From NCBI GenBank assembly GCA_037447605.1, contig CM074807.1, positions 3,174,829-3,238,828 on the forward strand: DNA of 64,000 nucleotides. Direction: 5' to 3'. Below, piece after piece: positions 56,735 through 64,000 of the stretch. The notes under the pieces were generated by a model. The model was not told the origin of the DNA, made no database searches, and was given only the letters and a program-made list of their open reading frames with translations. A program made the translations under genes and the position numbers. The DNA comes from Zygnema circumcarinatum SAG 698-1b (taxonomy: Eukaryota; Plantae; Zygnematophyceae). Each line of letters starts with the position of its first letter. Positions within the stretch are counted from its first letter, which is position 1.

Positions 56735-59448
56735 TTACGCCTTATATCCAATAGTCCTTGAATTCACCGCCAACAATAGGTCCCTTAGCTCCCTCAACCA
56801 CATCCTCCCCCTCCCACTCAACCTCCTCCTCCCCCCTCCCTCCCCCTCCACATCCCTCCCTCCCCCTCCCTCCCTCCCTCCCTCCACATCCTCCCTCCCT
56901 CCCTCCTCCCTCCCTCCACATCTCCCCCCTCCCTCAACCTCCTCCCCCCTCCCCCCACTCCTCCACATCCTCCTCCTCCTCCCTCCCTCCTCTCTCCCTC
57001 CCTCCCCTCCATCCCTCCCCCTCCTCAACTCCTCCCTCCCCCCCACCTTCCACACATCCTCCTCCCCCCTCCCTCCACAACCTCCTTCCCCTCCCTCCCT
57101 CCTCCACACCCCTCCCCCTCCACACCCCCCTCCCCCACACCCCCACATGCCCCCATCGGCCCTCCGCCAGCCAGCCCCACACGCCGGGCGCCGCTTGCAT
57201 TCCTCACAAGGGCCGGGTACACCCCTGCAGTTGTGAGCCGTAGCTGGGTTCCACGTCAGCATGTCGGACTGCCACCACAGAGGAAGGGTGTAGGCGCACC
57301 TCCCTGGGGCTCGCCGCTGTCTGGGAACAACGTTTGTTACAGACTCTGAGCACAACAGAGAAGAGAATGAGTGGGAGGGAGGAGTGTGAGTCGAGGTTGC
57401 TGCAAGATGGCAGTAAGATGCCTAACTTAGTTGGGATTGCTGGCCAAAGTCAACACAGAGACATGGTTTACACATGTTAAATGGCAAAATGTGTGGTGGT
57501 GGCGCAATTAAAGTCAATTGATCGTGAGTACAGTTCAAAGGTAATTCCAAAAGCTGCTTGTCATCACATACCACATTCATTGTCCGGCATATTGGAACTC
57601 CCCATTGGCTCTCTTGTAGATGTAATTCTGCGCTTTATCGCAAAATACATGGCTGACATTGACTGCGCCACTGCTGTGCACAGACTCAATGCGAGCACAA
57701 CGCTCTCCTCCGGGCACACCTGCACCTCCCCCTCTCCCCTCTATAAGAATCCTAAATTTCTGCAAAGAACTCATAGAAAGAAGAAGGTCTGGTAGAGTTC
57801 TCCTCTCACTTCAATAGGAAACATGCATCCAAATCATAAAATTTTACAAATTTAAAACTCTCCGAAGTAAAAGAGCATGAAAGCACCTCAAGGGCCACAA
57901 TTTTCCAGTTGAAAAGTGCCGTTGCCCTCCCAAACGGATATGCTTCACTATAGCGGATGAGCGTCACAAATCCCTCCTCAACCTCCTCACTTGCATTAGG
58001 AACTTCATATTGCAATTTCCTCCCTCGTACAAGCTGAATCTGCTGCCCAAAATGACCATCCGCAGCCCCAAGACTTCAGCTTCACCTCTTTAAACTGACA
58101 GAGTTACACACAATAGATGTCAAAATTGAACTCTGATTCTAAAAAGAGAGAGCACAGGGAGCCCACTCACAGAGGTGATGAGAGGCTGCTGCATGACCAG
58201 TCGGTCTATGCTCAGAGTTTTCTTATACTTTGTTTCCTTCGCATAGACGGTAAGCACCCATTTGGCATCTCCTGATCTCCAAGTTCTTCTCAGGTCCTTT
58301 TCAGCCGTCGGATCTTGCTGAGCAGTGGCGCAGATTTGTGCCGCTTTAAGAGCTGCATGCAGGAACATGCATACAAGGACAGCTTAGCAAACATTGGGAA
58401 CAACCCAAAAACCGGCACCCTCAAAACCCTGAAATTTGCGGAAGCTCTACCTACATTCACCAACTCATGATGTCTATGACGCTTCGTTCTTCTCCAACTT
58501 GCAAATGTTTTGGCGGAGGGACAGAAATGGTTTGCAAAACATGCATGAATTGAGTTGCAGTAAGACCTTCAGCGATAGTCATTTCGGGCTGGAGAGGATA
58601 ATTGTATATGACCATCTTTCTTTGGAATGTGGGTTCAGCTCGTTTCCCTTCGGCTACCCTACAAACATAGAAGCAACATGCGGCGAAAACGCACAATCAG
58701 AAACTGATATTAGTGATATTACTCAATTCCTGGAATGAATAAAGCATACAGCGCATAGAAAAGGTGAAAATCACGAATGCTGCTTCTATGCCTATTGAAG
58801 AAAAGTACCTTCTAAGCAGTTTTTCAAGAGTCTCTTAGCGTTTCCGAAAAAATTCACTGCCCAAAGAGAGTAGGGATTCGTTCGGACTCACTGCACGCGA
58901 ATGAAAAGTTTTGAAGGTCCATTGGTGTGATCAANNNNNNNNNNCTTTGCTCTTCGCAACGCTCTTCAATCTAACATCAGGGGGAAAATGGGTCATGCTC
59001 CTCATAGGCATACATATAACGAAAAACTGAAAAGACTATAAAAGGGCATACATACCTGCAATATAAACCTGCGGTTAAGGTCAATGGACGCATTGGGATC
59101 TACAACTCCGTAATGTGAACCATACCCTGAACCCACAAATCCATTCGAGATTCCCTCCAGTAACGGTTCAATGCAGGATGGTCCCTTTCCGCGATAGCAG
59201 GTGCCCGCAAGAAGATAATCTTTGTCATAGAGCTTCGACCAAAAAGCTTCAGTCTGCTCAAATCCGGTGTAAAGCTTCTTTCCTGGAGACCGGTCACTAT
59301 CCGTATCATCATGGTCCTTAATGGCTCCAAAAATGGCGATGCAATCGGCAGCATATGCGGCTGGGTAGCGCTGAACCATCACAGTTTGAAGCTAAGTCAG
59401 CGAAAAACAATGAGAAGGATATAGACGCCGCATGCGCAGGAAAGAGAG

Positions 59449-59499
<51 letters not shown>

Positions 59500-59612
59500 N
59501 NNNNNNNNNCGTCGACTGCCGCCAGAAGGCGCAAGTGAGGCACCACCGCAGAGAGGAGGTCGGCGCTCGCAGGGAGGGCCTGGGCGGCCGCCCACTCCGC
59601 CTGCGAGGCCAT
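56735..59612 (-). CDS. GRDP: GRDP copy B, incomplete in the assembly (gaps 58935-58944 and 59500-59509)
   Basis: The exons present are near-identical to copy A, with substitutions such as VPDASEE to VPNASEE and HLRVGE to HLQVGE. Indels in the last exon lie in noisy low-complexity sequence. Confidence 0.75.
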
Positions 59613-60158
59613 GGGGGGAGGGACGGAGAGAGACGGAGGGATAGGTAAACAGGAGAGGGAGAGGGAGAGACAGGGAAGGTGTAATGGGGAGAGGGAAGAG
59701 AGAATATGGGAGAGGCAATAGAGAGAGCGGGGAGAGAGGGAGAGGGAGAGGGAGAGGGAGAGGGAGAGGGGAGAGAGGGCGAGAGGAAAAGTAGGGGAGG
59801 GGTGCACCCTAGCTACTGGAGAGCGGGAGGAGGCTTTTATACGCACTACCGCCGTACGGAAATCGCGTTTTCAACGCGTTTGCCGTACTGTACGCATAGC
59901 TGCTGAGATACGCGTTGACTGTACGAATAAATGTACTGTACTGTACAGTACAAATGATGGAGCGTACACACGACTAGGGATGGCCCGCGTTATAAATTCC
60001 GAATATATTATATAATTTACAACGGGTTTAAAATTAGTAATATATTACAAACTAAAACACTTTATTACATATATTATACCCACTCGTGTTGAACAATTAA
60101 CGACCGTACGACCGTACTCGTAAGGTCGTACGGTCGTACCATACCAAAATTAGGTCGT

Positions 60159-63100
60159 TGTAGCACAAGATAAGTGGGGTTAAGAGGAGACTGCTGAGCT
60201 AGTTGCAGGTGCTGTACGGCCACTCGCGCGTCCGTGCTGAAACTGATGAAGGGTTGTGTTGGTCCTGTGGGTCTGCCTGCAGCATAGAGCCAGGATCCGG
60301 GAGATTCAGAGGTACGCGCAGCGGAAGACGTAGGGATCCTGAAGATGTTCCCACCGGCGGCTGGACTCGATGCGCAACGAGNNNNNNNNNNGCAGCGCGT
60401 CGGCGCCTCCCAAAGTCGGTGAGTTGTCGCCTGTGCGCGCGTTCGAGGTGGTGGGAGGCCATGGAATCTAGGGTTTGGAAGCGCAGGGCCAGGAGCTGAA
60501 GCTGGGCGACCCGATCCGGGGGAGGCGCGTCATCGTAGAAGAGGGGCTCAGCAGAGAGGAGGTCAAGGGGAATGCGGGGCTTACGGCCATAGAGGAGCTC
60601 GTAGGGAGAGAAGCCAGTGGAGGAGTGAACAGAGGTGTTGTACGTGAAGACCAGGGAGGGGATGACTTCGCGCCAGTCCGCCTCGAGCTCCGCGCAGCCG
60701 CGAACGCACGCGTCTTTGACCGTCTGTATGGTACGTTCTGCAAGCCCATTCTGCCAGGGGGAGTAGGGGCTAGAGGTGTGGTGAATGATGCGGAAGTCCT
60801 GCATGAGCTTGGCAAATGCCCCCTTGTATTCGGTGCCATTGTCAGAGTGGACAGAGTAGGGTAGAGAGTGGCGGTGAATGATGGCCGTCAGGAGGCGAGC
60901 AGAGTGGATGGAATGCTTAGATTCTGTCGTATGAACTTCCACCCACTTGGTGTATCTGTCCACGGCTAGGAAGACCCGAATGTAGCCAGAGGGGGTGCCG
61001 AGCTGGGGGATAGAAAAGGTGTCAATGTTCCAATCTTCGGCGACGCCTCGTATGGGGATCTCACCCATCTCCAGGGGTTGGCGGTCGGGGGGAGCAGAGC
61101 GCTTGCCGCGTTGGCAACGGGTGCAGGTTTCGATGTAGCGGCTCACCGCGCCGTGGAGGCCGGGCCAATAATAGCGCTCCTGCAGCAGGGCGACCATCTT
61201 CTTCTGGCCAAGGTGGAATCCGCCGGGCTGGGAATCGTGGGCGACATCCAGAATCTCCATGCGTTCATTGGGGAAAGGAACAGGAAGGCCAGAGGGGAGG
61301 TACAGTATCTGTCCGTCATCATCAACAGAGAAGTTCCGAGAGCGGCGGAGCAGCCGAGCCCTCTCGGTGTCCGTGATAAAAGGGGGCAATGTGCGGGTCA
61401 TGACGTAGCGCAGAAGGGAGGAGTCTGAATGGACGTCATTGGCGCTGGGGAAATGGGGAGGAAGTAAGGGAGCGTCGCCATCGTCATCCATGAGGAGTTC
61501 CCACGGATCCGCATGGGGGTGGCCGTGGGTGAAGTCAGGGTCCTCCCAGCGATGGAGGGTGGTGGCGGTGGCCGGAATATCGATCAGCCCATCCGCGAAT
61601 ATGACATCATGCAGGTCTTGATCGGCAATAAAAATCTCAATGGGAAGATGCTCAGGGTTCAAGAGGGTGGGTGGAGGGATGGGTTCAGGAACGGCCGGAT
61701 CGTGACAGAGGAGGGGAGCCGAAGGATTGCGACTGAGGCCGTCAGCATTGCCGTGACTACGGCCGGGACGGTGAGTGACCTTGAGCACATTATACTCCTC
61801 CAACTTCATCACCCATCGTGCAAACTTAGGTCGTAGGGTAGCCATGATGTGCAGCCAAGTGAGTGGCATGTGGTCAGTCCTAATGATAATGGGCTGGTAG
61901 GCTGTAAAGAGCTTGAACTTCTCCAGTGCCCAGAGAATAGCCGCTGCCTCACCCTCAGTAGGGCTGTACTTGGTCTCGGTTTCCGAACAAACCCTGCTAG
62001 CATAACTGACCGGGTGTTCCCCATCCGGGAAGGCTTGACTGGCCACTGCCCCAAATCCCGTCTGACTCCAGTCAGCGTCAATGATGGTTGGCAGGGTGGG
62101 GTCAAATTGATGCAGACAAGGAGCCTGAAGGAGGGCACTCTTGAGCGCGTGGAAGGCCAAATCCTGCGCTCGGCTCCATTCGTATTGGACTCCGTGCTTC
62201 TCCAAGGCATGTAGGGGACGTGCGATAAGGGCATAGCCCTTGATGAACCGGCGATAGAATGAGGTGAGCCCCAAGAAGGACTTGAGCTGAGTGAGGGTCT
62301 GTGGAATCGGCATAAGGGCAATCGCTTCAATCTTGTCGAGTGATGGTTTCAGGCCATTGATGCCGAGGCGGTGCCCGAGATGAGTGATCTCCTGATGGCC
62401 CCATTTGCACTTCTTGGGTGCAATCTTCAAACGCGCACTAATGAGCTGTTGAAGCACTTGGTCAATGTGTTGCAGGTGGGAGGACCAGTCCTTGCTGTGG
62501 AGGGATGCATCATCCACGTAAGGCTCGCAGAAGGCGCGACAGGGGCCGAATACCTGGTTGGCCAGGCGCTGGTGAGTCTGGCTGGAATTCTTGAGCCCAA
62601 AGGGAAGCACTGTCCACTGCACGAAGCGTGTGGCTGTGCGCAGCCCTGTCTTGCAGCGATCGGCCTGTCGCAGGGGAATCTGCCAGAAGGACTTCTGCAT
62701 GTCCAGGGCCGAGAACCATCGGTCCTCAGGGGAGACGCCGTGGAGAATCAGGTCCACATCCGGTAACGTATAAGGATCCCACTTCGTTATGGCATTCAGT
62801 TTCCGATAGTCACCACAGAAGCGGAGTGTGCCATCCGGCTTTGGGGGCAGAACGGCCGGGCTGGCCCAAGGCCCTTCTCCGGGTTCCATCAAGCCGGCTG
62901 CCACGTTCTCATCGATCTGTCGTTCGACATCGGCCTGCTGAGCGGCGGAAAAGCGGTAGGGAGTCATGGTCATCACGGGAGGTGCATCCCCCGTATCGAT
63001 GTGGTGCTCAATCAGGTGGGTCTTGCCGATGTCGAGTGAATGTCGTGCGAAAACTAGGTGATTTCGGCGCAGCACTTGGCGTAGTTGAGAATGCTTGATC

Positions 63101-64000
63101 GGGTCTGAGAGTACTGCTGGCCCCAATCGCATCTGACCCTCTATCTCCAGCCACTCTTCATCACTGATGGTCTCGTGGGCTGGGAAGCTGGGTGCAGCTA
63201 TCACCGGCGGCAAAAGTTCCTCCGTCGGCGCACAGAGGGCTGGACTCGGGGGAGCAGGAGGGGAAGTCTCGTCATCGGTATCAGAATTAGCCGATCCGTA
63301 GGAAGAATGGGGGCTGCCGACAGCATGGTACATGGTGATCTCTGGGTAGGAGACCTGCGCCGTGGCGTGGCGTTTGGGGAAGGCGGAGGTGGCAAGGGAC
63401 TCGAGGATGATGGGGAAGGAGCAGTCTGTCCCGCCAGCAGATAAGTGCAGCTGACACGTAGCAAAGTCGATTTGTGCTCCCATCGCAATGAGCCAATCTG
63501 AGCCCAGCAGGATAGAATAGTGCTCAGCGGCCGTGATGACCGCATTCACCGTGGCTCCCATCTCGCCAAGGCTGATGATCACTTGGGCACTGCCCAATCC
63601 TTCATGTAGGCTCCCCTCAACCCCCACATATCGGGGAATGGGCTCGAGCGTCTTGTCCAACTTAACCCCTGCAGCCTTCATCACTGGCTTGGACAGAACT
63701 GTGCGCATAGCTCCTGTGTCGATCATGGCTTTGCTTGGATGACCGTTTAGCCATACATTGACAATGATTCGCACGTTGGGTGTTGGGATCAGAGGAAGAA
63801 CGTGAATCTGGCGAGGAGGATGGCGGGGAGAGCGAACTGGGTCTGGAAGAGGCGCCGTGGCCATGTGGTGGATATCTGCCGGCGAGGGGATGTCCGGAGG
63901 AGGTGCCATGGGAACCGTGGGAGGCCGCAGGGTGGCCTCTGCACTGTCGGCCAGCTTACGAACTACGGCTGCAGCACCTGGTACCAGCTGCATCAACTGT
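60159..64000 (-). mobile_element. Ty3/Gypsy LTR retrotransposon (pol and probable 3' LTR end); continues beyond the window
   Basis: Domain order PR-RT-RNaseH-INT. A possible LTR terminus (...gtgctaCA on the minus strand) lies at 60159. Confidence 0.9.
60392..64000 (-). CDS. pol: Gypsy Pol polyprotein, uninterrupted frame up to the gap
   Basis: Protease MIDTGA; RT RFCGDYRKLN, LPFGLKNS, YVDD; RNase H DADWS..EGEAAA..RTDHMPL..NADGLSR; integrase HHCC, WNIDTF, SDNGTEY, QNGLAER, GFSPYELLYGR. Confidence 0.95.

Noticed and set aside
60199-60381. C-terminal extension of the 1265-aa Pol ORF
   Set aside because: It is joined across a gap of arbitrary length (60382-60391) and is more likely LTR sequence.

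Overview
Eukaryotic nuclear DNA from a green-lineage, streptophyte-like genome. The evidence is plant-specific genes (SDH5, GT47-A, phi-class GST, GRDP) in intron-rich form with GA/CT-rich introns, so a streptophyte alga is plausible, but the species cannot be named. The draft assembly has six 10-N gaps. Gene order: UPF3 (-), whose splice chain runs in frame into a mitochondrial-type rps14 C-terminal half; an F-box pseudogene (+); HSP20 (-); a SUB1-like O-fucosyltransferase-type gene with an extensin stem (+); a GT47-A galactosyltransferase-type gene with a ~500-aa acidic stem (-); VDR (-); SDH5 (-); GSTF (-); purH (+, partly duplicated by misassembly); two tandem copies of GRDP (-); and a Ty3/Gypsy pol (-). 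Non-coding content includes two copies of a ~280-bp MITE, an 842-bp hAT-type element, a duplicated leader plus 27-bp higher-order minisatellite, a 63-bp hairpin array, interstitial TTAGGG repeats and long microsatellites. The best leads are the UPF3-rps14 junction, the visible junction of a tandem duplication carrying GRDP and part of the Gypsy element, the structured repeat arrays, and a canonical as-1-like element upstream of GSTF. All exon boundaries were read by eye.
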